DNA of 63,988 nucleotides, the filler included, from Octopus bimaculoides (taxonomy: Eukaryota): assembly GCF_001194135.2 (NCBI RefSeq). It is 5 parts of 5 records of this genome, joined end to end, with 100 filler letters (N's around TTAATTAATTAA, not from the genome) between each part and the next. Parts side by side here need not be neighbours in the genome. Positions count along the whole stretch, not along the records: positions 32,286 to 63,988 come from NC_069004.1; 4 more parts are not named here. One strand, given 5' to 3'. The position numbers were made by a program, and so were the translations under genes. Under the pieces are notes generated by a model. That model was not told the origin of the DNA and ran no database searches. It saw only the letters and a program-made list of their open reading frames with translations. Shown in pieces: positions 35,423-47,325 of this stretch. Position 1 is the stretch's first letter. Every line of letters starts with the position of its first letter.

Positions 35423-35866
35423 AACATGGAAGTGACACATATACAAACATACGTATATAAAATATAATATGAAAATGACACTACATGTACACATACTTAT
35501 GCATATATAATATATAACATGGAGATACACATATATATACATACATATGTATATGTAACATAACATAGAAGTGACACACACACACACACATATATACATA
35601 CGTATGTATATACAACATGGAAGTGACACACATATATACATACGTATGTATATATAACATGGAAGTGACACACATATATACATACATATGTAGATATGAT
35701 ATATAAAATGGAAGTCACACACACACGCGCATATATATATATATACTTTTGTATATATAACATATAACATGGAAGTGACACACATATATATACATACATA
35801 TGTATATATATAGATATAACATTGAAGTGACACACACATATGTATACACAACATGGAAGTGGGCAT
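35423..35866. repeat. Minisatellite: ~10 copies of core AACATGGAAGTGACACAC separated by variable (TA)/(CA) spacers
   Basis: Cores at ~35423, 35466, 35516, 35561, 35614, 35656, 35704, 35767, 35818 and 35850. Confidence 0.85.
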
Positions 35867-38404
35867 ATATGTGTATGTAGGAACAGTGTGTTCTGCCTCT
35901 TATTATTATGTACCAGTCATATACTAAGGGTCTATGTAATTGACTAACATCCCCGCCCACTAAATTTCAGGTCTTGTGCCTAAAGGAGAAAGATGATCAT
36001 CGTTCTACTACTACTATTATTATTAATATTATTATTATTATTAATATTAGTATTAGTATAATTATTATTATCAATATTATTATTATTATTATTATCATTA
36101 TTATTAAGGTGGGGAGCTGGTAGAATCATTAGCATGCTTTTCGTCCGTCTTTATACACTGAGTTCGAATCCTGTTGAAAGTCAATTTCACCTATCATCCT
36201 CTCGGGGGCTGATAAAAATAAGTATCGGCTGAGCCCTGGAGGGGGGGGGGGGTCAGCGTAATTAATTTATCCCCCTCCCCCTGAAATTCCTGGCCATGTA
36301 CCAAANNNNNNNNNNTTCCTGGCCATGTACCAAAATCAGAAAACATCATCATCATCATCATTATTATTATTATTATTAGTAGTAGTAGTAGTAGTGGTGG
36401 TGGTGGTGGTGGTGGTGGTGGTGGTTGAAAAATAAAGGGAGTCGGGCTTTACCCAGGGTAAGTGGTCATGCTGTAACGTACACCACATAAGACAACAGAT
36501 ACCCTTGGGAAAGACATGGCCATCATGTCTTTTGTGGGTGTGACCAGTCGTCAGAGTTTAACACTATCGTCTTCCTAACTGTCATCGCCGTCATCGTCAT
36601 CATCAAAATCCACCATGACCACCACCATCGGCTTCGCCATCGTCATTACTAAAACAGAGTAACACAAAACACCTGAATGTATGAATGAATGTTGCGTGTA
36701 TGTGTGTGTGTGTGTGTGTTTTTGTTAGTGTATATGTATGTAAATATATATGCGCGTGTATATTAATGTATGTGTATATGTATGTAGGTAGGTAGGTATG
36801 AATCTTGGTATGCGTATGTGTTTGTAGTTGTTGCCGTAATCCACTGGCTACTACAACCACTACTACTACTACTACTATTATTGTAATGTAACAGTGACCC
36901 ACCTATATTACATGTGGCTGCACCCACCCTCAACGCCCCTCCTCCACCTACTAAAACGTCCACCACCACCACCACCACCACCACCACCNNNNNNNNNNNN
37001 NNNNNNNNNNNNNNNNNNNNNNNNNNNNNNNNNNNNNNNNNNNNNNNNNNNNNNNNNNNNNNNNNNNNNNNNNNNNNNNNNNNNNNNNNNNNNNNNNNNN
37101 NNNNNNNNNNNNNNNNNNNNNNNNNNNNNNNNNNNNNNNNNNNNNNNNNNNNNNNNNNNNNNNNNNNNNNNNNNNNNNNNNNNNNNNNNNNNNNNNNNNN
37201 NNNNNNNNNNNNNNNNNNNNNNNNNNNNNNNNNNNNNNNNNNNNNNNNNNNNNNNNNNNNNNNNNNNNNNNNNNNNNNNNNNNNNNNNNNNNNNNNNNNN
37301 NNNNNNNNNNNNNNNNNNNNNNNNNNNNNNNNNNNNNNNNNNNNNNNNNNNNNNNNNNNNNNNNNNNNNNNNNNNNNNNNNNNNNNNNNNNNNNNNNNNN
37401 NNNNNNNNNNNNNNNNNNNNNNNNNNNNNNNNNNNNNNNNNNNNNNNNNNNNNNNNNNNNNNNNNNNNNNNNNNNNNNNNNNNNNNNNNNNNNNNNNNNN
37501 NNNNNNNNNNNNNNNNNNNNNNNNNNNNNNNNNNNNNNNNNNNNNNNNNNNNNNNNNNNNNNNNNNNNNNNNNNNNNNNNNNNNNNNNNNNNNNNNNNNN
37601 NNNNNNNNNNNNNNNNNNNNNNNNNNNNNNNNNNNNNNNNNNNNNNNNNNNNNNNNNNNNNNNNNNNNNNNNNNNNNNNNNNNNNNNNNNNNNNNNNNNN
37701 NNNNNNNNNNNNNNNNNNNNNNNNNNNNNNNNNNNNNNNNNNNNNNNNNNNNNNNNNNNNNNNNNNNNNNNNNNNNNNNNNNNNNNNNNNNNNNNNNNNN
37801 NNNNNNNNNNNNNNNNNNNNNNNNNNNNNNNNNNNNNNNNNNNNNNNNNNNNNNNNNNNNNNNNNNNNNNNNNNNNNNNNNNNNNNNNNNNNNNNNNNNN
37901 NNNNNNNNACACATAGACACATATGCAGGCATTTTACTTGTTTCCAATTAAATTCATTCAAATATTCAAATTGATGTTTTCAAATGAATTTATTGAAACA
38001 TTTCAACCACAAAATTACAATTTATAAATAGACGAAGCAGATAATGAAACAATGTTGGTTGAGGTCCCTCACATTGAACAGACTTGACAGGAGAGTAGGC
38101 AAGGATACCTTATGGGGGGGGGGGGTTATAGCTGGAATAACCACAGACAAAAACCTCCAACAAATTATATACACATACACGCATACATACATGTTAAAAT
38201 ACATACATAGAAATATCCATCTCTATTCTATCTATCTATCTATCTATCTATTCATTTATCTATCTATCTATCTATTCGTTTATCTATCTATCTATCTATT
38301 CATTTATCTATCTATCTATCTATTCATTTATCTATCTATCTATCTATTCATTTATCTATCTATCTATCTATCTATCTATCCCTATTTTGTGTGTGTTCAC
38401 ATAT

Positions 38405-38813
38405 ACAGGTATGGCTGTGTAGTAGTAAGTTTGCTTTCCAACTGCATGGTTCCGGGTTCAGTCCCACTGCATGGAACCACGGGCAAGTGTCTTTTACTAT
38501 AGCCTTGGGCCAAACAAACCCTTGTCAGTGTATTTGGTAAAAAGACACCTGCTCTGGGTGTATATATATATATATACATATATATAATACATACGTGTGC
38601 ATGTTTTTGTCTGCTCAACCTCACCACCACTGCTTGAGAGCCAGTGTTGGTGTTTTTATGCCTCCATAACTTAGCAGTTCGGAAAAAAAAAACAATAGAA
38701 TATGTAGAGGGTTCCAAAGAAAATAAGTAGTGGAGTAAATTCATTTGAGTGAAATTCTTTGAGACAGGGCCCCAGCATGGCCACAATCTAATGGCTGAAA
38801 GTTATAAAAGATA
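38405..38813 (+). mobile_element. Diverged SINE family A copy
   Basis: Head GGTTCCGGGTTCAGTCCCACTGC, internal microsatellite, and tail CCAGCATGGCCACA. Confidence 0.7.
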
Positions 38814-38834
38814 AGATACACATACAAACACACA

Positions 38835-38873
<39 letters not shown>

Positions 38874-39287
38874 NNNNNNNNNNNNNNNNNNNNNNNNNNN
38901 NNNNNNNNNNNNNNNNNNNNNNNNNNNNNNNNNNNNNNNNNNNNNNNNNNNNNNNNNNNNNNNNNNNNNNNNNNNNNNNNNNNNNNNNNNNNNNNNNNNN
39001 NNNNNNNNNNNNNNNNNNNNNNNNNNNNNNNNNNNNNNNNNNNNNNNNNNNNNNNNNNNNNNNNNNNNNNNNNNNNNNNNNNNNNNNNNNNNNNNNNNNN
39101 NNNNNNNNNNNNNNNNNNNNNNNNNNNNNNNNNNNNNNNNNNNNNNNNNNNNNNNNNNNNNNNNNNNNNNNNNNNNNNNNNNNNNNNNNNNNNNNNNNNN
39201 NNNNNNNNNNNNNNNNNNNNNNNNNNNNNNNNNNNNNNNNNNNNNNNNNNNNNNNNNNNNNNNNNNNNNNNNNNNNNATATATATAT

Positions 39288-39332
<45 letters not shown>

Positions 39333-39806
39333 GGATGTGTATGTTTAGTGAGAGTTTGGCTGAGATAACTACATATTACGTATACACACACACACACACA
39401 CACACACACAAAGGCTAGTCCGCTCGTTCTATCTCAAATCACCACAAACACATGGACACATACGCAAATACACACACACATGGGTACCCATGAACAGAAC
39501 ACAAAATATCTCCCACACAAATATACGCATTGTGTTACATAATTACAAGAAATTCTGTGTTGGTGCAACACATGTATCACTATGTATATGGAAGCGTAAA
39601 TAAATATGGAAGTAAGTTTGTGTATGGAATTATATGGATGTGTCTACATACACACGTACACACACACACACATACAGACGCGCGCGCGCGCGCGGACCAT
39701 TTCCTTTTTATGTTGTCTTCCACCCATTATCTTTTTTCCTTGCTATATGCCTTTGTACACACTACGTAAATGTGTATATATATGTGTGTGTATATGTATA
39801 TATATA

Positions 39807-39840
<34 letters not shown>

Positions 39841-40839
39841 CACACACTCACGTAAGAATGTGTATGTGCATATATATATGTGTGTGTGTGTGTATACATA
39901 TATATATATATATTTTCATACACATTTGAAAATTTGTTGACATCAATATATACACACACAAACACACATGTATACATACATGTGTGTGTGTGTGTGTGTA
40001 TACACACACGCATCTGAAAATTTGTGCTGACAATATATGCACACACAAACATACATATATACACTCGTGTGCATGTATATGTACATTTGAAAATATGTTC
40101 TGACATCATTATATACACACAAACATATATCCATACATACATAGAGACATATATACACGTGCACACACACACACACACACACACAGGTATATCAAATTTA
40201 TGTTTCTGTAAGGAATATTCAGTTGTTTTGAGGTCCTTAGTCATCCAATTAACATATATGTGGCTGAGTACTCCACAGATACAAGTATCCTTACTGTAAT
40301 TTTCAACTGAATCGGCCTCATAATCAGTGATAAAACTTGATCTATAACTTCCAGGTAAAATCCATCAGATGTTGATACACACAACTTCCATCTCACAGAC
40401 TGGGTAATCCTGTGACACTGCTAAAAGAAATTGGTCTTAAGGTGCACCCGACTGGAAATGAACCTGGTACCTCAGGATTGAAAATCAAACATCTACCTCA
40501 GCCATAACTACATACATATCATATATGCATGTTCAGACACAGTATGTATATGTTTAAATGAAAAGAAAAACAAGTTCGCACAAACTCATTTAGGTATTTA
40601 TCAATACCCACAGACTAATTAATGTATGTATATAAGTAGACGGTTTTATTACTCTTTTACTTGTTTCAGTCACTTGACTGTGGCCATGCTGGAGCACCGC
40701 CTTTAGTCGAGCAAATCGACCCCAGGACTTATTCTTTGTAAGCCTAGTACTTATTCTATCTGTCTCTTTTGCTGAACTGCTAAGTTACAAGGACATAAAC
40801 ACTCCAACACCAGTTGGCAAGCTGGAGAAGGAAGGACAA

Positions 40840-40872
<33 letters not shown>

Positions 40873-42567
40873 AACTGTGACCATCTATACATACAGGCAC
40901 TTCCCTCCGTCAGCTGAAAGGTCCTTGTCCTGCAGGCTCACAATTGCTAATGTCACATAAAAGCACCTGAACCAGTGCCACATAGGGAGCACCCATGCCA
41001 GTACCATGTGGAAAAGCATCCCTACTAGTACCTCATGTAAAGCACCCATGTCTGTGTCAGATAACAGGCACCCTGTACACTCTGTAAAGTGGCTAGCCTT
41101 TGGAAGGGCATCCAGCCACAGAAACCATGCCAAAACATACAATTGGAGCCAGGACAGCAGTGAAACCATCCAACCCATGTCTGTATGAAAAACAGATGTT
41201 AAATGATGATAATGATATACAATGGGCTTCTTTCGGTTTCTGTTTACCAGTTCAACTCACAAGGCTTCAGTCAGCCTGGGACTATAGTAGGAGACACATA
41301 TCCAAGGTTCCCCATAGCGGGACTGAATCCAAGCAAACTTCTTGTCACACACACATACTCTTTCACTTCTGGGGAATAATGGTTCTCAAAGTACATCACA
41401 TACAGCTGTAAGCAATAGCATGTAAATATTGGGTTGTAAAAGTCTTTTGGATAGACAAACCCTTGGATAGGAGGGGGGTAGAGTGAAAAAGAGAGACCGC
41501 AACCAATTCACCATCACCATCAATATCTGTTGGATAGTTTGACAAGAGCTGGCAAAGCCAGGAGTCACACCAGATACCACTGTCTCTTTTGGCATGGTTT
41601 TTACAGCTGGATACCCTTTCTAATGCCAACCACTTTACAGAGTGTACTGGGTGCTTCCCATGTGACCCAACACCACACACACACACACACATATATATGA
41701 TAGAATATAGGAATTAAATGAATAGAAGTGAACACCAAAATCGGCTAACAAAATTGTTCAGTTATGGCACTTAATTCCTCTCTTTCTACAGCATTTTAGT
41801 TGATTAAATATACAAACTGCAATGTGCACTAGTTGGTTGTGCCAGTCTAATTGAAACACATGTAGCTAATTAAATCATTGATAATACATGTTCATTTTTT
41901 ATGTTTCATATATATGTGTGTGTGTGTGCATATGTGTTGCCTTATCTTCGAAACGCCTAGTTAGAATAGTGGCAGCTGATGAAGGAATAATTCCAAGTGG
42001 CTATCTGTTTTCCTATGTGTTCATTCTGTTATCTATAGTTCATTGTTCTAACGTCCTGTACCCTGATATGCATCTATATACACATGTAGATGTAAGTATG
42101 TACATATATGTGTGTATACATGCATATATATTCTTTGTATTATTTATATATATATATATATATATATACATATATAACTTACTTATAACATCATTGGTGA
42201 GCACATTTTAAAAGTTATTTACAAAACAGAATAAGGGAGAAAAACTGGAATGAAAGTGTATACATGTGTGTATATATGTGTATGCATTTATATACATGTG
42301 TGCGTGTGTGGTAGGGTGTATGTATACACACACACACACATCTATGAACATTTATGTATATAGGGCCTAACCAACATGCTAACCACTAAGCCACCTGGCT
42401 CACTTTGTTGAGTTTCCATTAACCAAATTCCCCCAGAAGACATTGGTAGACTCAGAGCTGCAGTAGGAGATACTTGTCCCAGGTGCCATGTTCTGAGATT
42501 GAACCTGGTACTACATGACTGAGAAGCAGACATTTTAACCACACAGCCAAGCCTGTCCAATACATAC

Positions 42568-42628
<61 letters not shown>

Positions 42629-43519
42629 GATGGATNNNNNNNNNNNNNNNNNNNNNNNNNNNNNNNNNNNNNNNNNNNNNNNNNNNNNNNNNNNNNNNNN
42701 NNNNNNNNNNNNNNNNNNNNNNNNNNNNNNNNNNNNNNNNNNNNNNNNNNNNNNNNNNNNNNNNNNNNNNNNNNNNNNNNNNNNNNNNNNNNNNNNNNNN
42801 NNNNNNNNNNNNNNNNNNNNNNNNNNNNNNNNNNNNNNNNNNNNNNNNNNNNNNNNNNNNNNNNNNNNNNNNNNNNNNNNNNNNNNNNNNNNNNNNNNNN
42901 NNNNNNNNNNNNNNNNNNNNNNNNNNNNNNNNNNNNNNNNNNNNNNNNNNNNNNNNNNNNNNNNNNNNNNNNNNNNNNNNNNNNNNNNNNNNNNNNNNNN
43001 NNNNNNNNNNNNNNNNNNNNNNNNNNNNNNNNNNNNNNNNNNNNNNNNNNNNNNNNNNNNNNNNNNNNNNNNNNNNNNNNNNNNNNNNNNNNNNNNNNNN
43101 NNNNNNNNNNNNNNNNNNNNNNNNNNNNNNNNNNNNNNNNNNNNNNNNNNNNNNNNNNNNNNNNNNNNNNNNNNNNNNNNNNNNNNNNNNNNNNNNNNNN
43201 NNNNNNNNNNNNNNNNNNNNNNNNNNNNNNNNNNNNNNNNNNNNNNNNNNNNNNNNNNNNNNNNNNNNNNNNNNNNNNNNNNNNNNNNNNNNNNNNNNNN
43301 NNNNNNNNNNNNNNNNNNNNNNNNNNNNNNNNNNNNNNNNNNNNNNNNNNNNNNNNNNNNNNNNNNNNNNNNNNNNNNNNNNNNNNNNNNNNNNNNNNNN
43401 NNNNNNNNNNNNNNNNNNNNNNNNNNNNNNNNNNNNNNNNNNNNNNNNNNNNNNNNNNNNNNNNNNNNNNNNNNNNNNNNNNNNNNNNNNNNNNNNNNNN
43501 NNNNNNNNNNNNNNNNNNN

Positions 43520-43578
<59 letters not shown>

Positions 43579-44041
43579 GATGGATGGATGGATAGGTACA
43601 TACATACATGCATATATACATATACACACATATGTGTACACTGTTACTAGTTTCGGCAACAGGTTGTTGCCATCTTGTGGTTCTCTCTCACCCTCTCTCT
43701 GATTTTGATGAATGCCATAGTTAGACAACACCACCACCATATACATTACATTCATCGATATGGGTTCATCTGATATCTCAAATCAAAATTTTAAAAAAAA
43801 CACTTCATTACAATGTTTTTTTGAATACATCCACATCTATGCTGTATATCTGTCATCGAAAAGTACTGAAAAAGCTATGACACTGTGAACCCTAAGCTGT
43901 TGCAATATTGGGTCCTTACTGTAGATGGAGCGAGTGAGACCTCTGGTGCTGTCTAGTTCAGGGGTAGTTATAGCTTTCAGTCTCAAAGTTAGGTGCTAGA
44001 CCATATATCACTGCATATCTTTGCCTTCATTCATTCTAGAG

Positions 44042-44336
44042 CAGTGCTTTACTATTCTATTCAAGTGGACCCCCATAATTATTCAATGTTCATAAGCTAG
44101 TTTTATAGACACTTCTTTCAAAATACCCATTTTGCTTTCCACACATTAACTTATGTAAAACATTAGAGAAGGAAATTTAGCTGTTTCTTGTAATAAATTC
44201 ATTGAAATCAAAACGTTTTCATGGGCCCTAAAAATACTTCTGTGGATCTCCCATTTGCTATTTTGCTGGCAAGTACCACAAAAAAAATCTTACATGGACC
44301 TTGAGGAGTCATGTGGAACCCAGTTGTGAACCACTG
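44042..44336. mobile_element. hAT (Charlie-like) non-autonomous element
   Basis: Termini CAGTGCTT...AACCACTG with TCTAGA-like flanks (TTCTAGAG / CTCTAAGG) as a decayed 8-bp TSD. Non-coding interior. Confidence 0.55.
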
Positions 44337-44619
44337 CTCTAAGGGATTGGTACTTCAATTCTTTTAGTTACTCTCAGTAGTTTATCTCTTACACAGAGGT
44401 AACCTTCTTGATATAAGAGCTATGTATTACCTCAATCTCCACTGTTAGGTTGACACTATGTGGTGACCATAATTGAGGGCAATGGTCCAGGTGACTGACA
44501 ACAAATGTTATCAATAAGACCAAAATACCTTCCTTTCTTTTCTTGTTCTAAATAATCTCAGGTTCAATCCAACCAGTCACCTACACTTTGTTGCCACCTT
44601 GGTAATATGCACATGGCCA

Positions 44620-45130
44620 TTGTTGGTAGCATGATCTTTGAATGTTGGGCCTCACAGAAGTGATGACAAGTGACCAAGACCTTTGGCAATATGCTGTGCT
44701 TGAGAAGACTCATCAAGCCAAGTGAAATCATAGTCTTGGCCATTGCTAGTGTCATGTAAAGGGCAGTAGCTGTGGCCTTTGCCTGTATCATATAAATGGC
44801 ACCAGTGAAATCATAGTTGTGGCCACTGCCAGTGACATGTAAATGGCACCCATGCTCCAGTCCACTCAGCTGGCAAAAATGAGTGGTACCTGTATTTCAA
44901 AGGGCCAGCCTTGTAGCATTCTGTGTCATGCTGAATCACCCTGAGAACTGCACCCATTATACTCTCGGAATGGTTGACATTAGGAAGGGGATCCAGTCAT
45001 AGAAACCATGCCAAATCAGACTGGAACCTGGTGCAGCCCTACAGCTTACCAGTTCCAGTCAAACCATCTAACCCATGCCAACATAGAAATGCGGACATTA
45101 AATAATGATGATGATGATGATGATGATGAA
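44620..45130 (+). mobile_element. Older RTE-type LINE 3' region (with a SINE C fragment in the middle)
   Basis: GACCTTTGGCAATATGCTGTGCTTGAGAAGAC segment (also at ~61750), then AGGAAGGGGATCCAG...CCAACATAGAAATGCGGACATTAAA(TGA)n, the same tail as the young copies. Confidence 0.6.
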
Positions 45131-46307
45131 TGATGCATCACTACACTGATTGCCTTGTTTCCTCTGATTACGACCTGGTTGCAGGCTGACTGGAGAGCTT
45201 GAAATTTTTTGAAGTTCCTCACCATTGAACTGCAAGGTGTTTTACTTCAGTTCACTTATGTATTTCATTCAGGTCTTTCTGTAGTTTTGCATTATCACTG
45301 GGATCCTGAATTGCCTGTGATATTTTTGCATCGTCAGCAAGATATATATATTATATACCATAAATCCTTGAGTATAGTCCGCTCTTGAGTATAATACGCA
45401 GACTACTATAGTCTTGGGCTGACCAAAGCTTTGTGAGTGGATTTGGTAGACGGAAACTGAGAGAAGCCCATCATGTGTGTGTGTTTGTGTGTCTGTGTTT
45501 GTACCCTCCCACCACCACCACCATCGTTTGACAACCGATGCTGGTGTGTTTACATTCCCCGTAACTTAGTGGTTCAACAAAAGAGACTGATAGAATAAGT
45601 ATTAGGGTTACAAAGAATAAGTCCTGGGGTTAACTTGTGCAACTAAAGGTGGTGCTCCAGCATGGCCGCAGTCAAATGACTGAAACAAATAAAACAGTAA
45701 AAGAGTAATGCAAGAGAGTAATATTTTACTGTAACTGAAAGTTTGTCTCATAATTTGAGTCACAGTTTCAATAAACAGAAACCTTATCCTCTACATGTAT
45801 TGAGCACACTTCTATTCTTTGACATAAAACAATATATGTACGTGTGTGTGTGTGGGGGGGAGGCTTTGATATTATCACAGTTACGATGCAATATTTAAAG
45901 ACACCAAGCCATTAATAAAAATGATTCCCCTGCTTAACAATCATAGCTGAAAGGTTGTGTGTGTGTGTGAGAGAGAGAAAGAGAGAGAGGTGTAGTTTGG
46001 AAACGCATCAATATATTTACAGCACAACTTTCGAATACATAATTTGACACAATGTGATGAAGATTCATCACCGTTCATGTATGCATACACAATAATAGCA
46101 GTACACACACACACGCACACACATACACAAATTTTGCATAACTGATAGAAGTTATAGAGTGACTCAAGGGCCGAGAGTTTCATGCAATGGCATGTAGCAA
46201 AAACTCTCAGCCCTTGAGGCAGTCTGTAACTTCTGTTGATTATTAATACAAAGATATATATGCACTCATGTTTTGAGTTCTATTTTCCTGTTTGCATTAC
46301 CAATCCA

Positions 46308-46354
<47 letters not shown>

Positions 46355-46359
<5 letters not shown>

Positions 46360-46507
46360 AAAATGGAGCAACAAAATACAAGAAGAAGCAATTCGGTTGG
46401 GCTAGTTAGCCATTGTTTTAATTATGTGGAGGTTATGTAATGCTAACAATGGCTAACTAGCCCAACCAAATTGCTTCTTCTTGTATTTTGTTGCTCCATT
46501 TTCCACA
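46355..46507. repeat. 63-bp near-perfect inverted repeat with a 27-nt loop
   Basis: 46355-46417 versus 46445-46507 has one mismatch. It abuts a (TG)n tract. Confidence 0.95.
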
Positions 46508-47121
46508 TAAATATAATTATAAACTACGGTTTAAACAATAAATTACCTGCCTCTGGATACCCTCTAACGAAGACGGTACCCACACAAGTAATTCCCAGGA
46601 GTGCCTCCGGATTTAAACATCCCCTGGTTGCTTGGGTACTTCAGACTACCCCTGNNNNNNNNNNNNNNNNNNNNNNNNNNNNNNNNNNNNNNNNNNNNNN
46701 NNNNNNNNNNNNNNNNNNNNNNNNNNNNNNNNNNNNNNNNNNNNNNNNNNNNNNNNNNNNNNNNNNNNNNNNNNNNNNNNNNNNNNNNNNNNNNNNNNNN
46801 NNNNNNNNNNNNNNNNNNNNNNNNNNNNNNNNNNNNNNNNNNNNNNNNNNNNNNNNNNNNNNNNNNNNNNNNNNNNNNNNNNNNNNNNNNNNNNNNNNNN
46901 NNNNNNNNNNNNNNNNNNNNNNNNNNNNNNNNNNNNNNNNNNNNNNNNNNNNNNNNNNNNNNNNNNNNNNNNNNNNNNNNNNNNNNNNNNNNNNNNNNNN
47001 NNNNNNNNNNNNNNNNNNNNNNNNNNNNNNNNNNNNNNNNNNNNNNNNNNNNNNNNNNNNNNNNNNNNNNNNNNNNNNNNNNNNNNNNNNNNNNNNNNNN
47101 NNNNNNNNNNNNNNTTGCATC

Positions 47122-47175
<54 letters not shown>

Positions 47176-47188
47176 CATATATATATAT

Positions 47189-47325
47189 GGGAGAATATAC
47201 AAAAAATAACAACAGACGAGGACAGGTGGTGTAAATAACAAAAGTATATATTAGTATGACGCTCGGGAATACGGAAAGTCTTTGACGTTTCGAGCTACGC
47301 TCTTCAACAGAAAGAATACGGAGAC
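47189..47325 (-). mobile_element. Probable Penelope-like pseudo-LTR remnant
   Basis: Minus strand reads TTGAAGAGCGTAGCTCGAAACGTCAAAGAC, a hammerhead-core-like order (YUGANGA...GAAAC) typical of PLE pLTRs. It sits next to (TA)n. Confidence 0.4.

Noticed and set aside
36286-36333. Direct repeats flanking N gaps (also ~1105-1220, 42580-43590, 52250-52620)
   Set aside because: These are identical overlaps on both sides of a gap, i.e. unmerged contig ends rather than biological duplications or TSDs.
36440-36520. Candidate minus-strand first exon MMAMSFPRVSVVLCGVRYSMTTYPG with a GT donor
   Set aside because: There is no downstream exon or recognisable homology, and such short ORFs are expected by chance.
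41945-41995. CGAAAC...CTGATGAAGG motif pair (second copy on the minus strand at ~49870-49920) as a permuted hammerhead
   Set aside because: The core words are present, but the ~22 nt between them cannot form helices I and III in either copy. It is treated as a repeat remnant.
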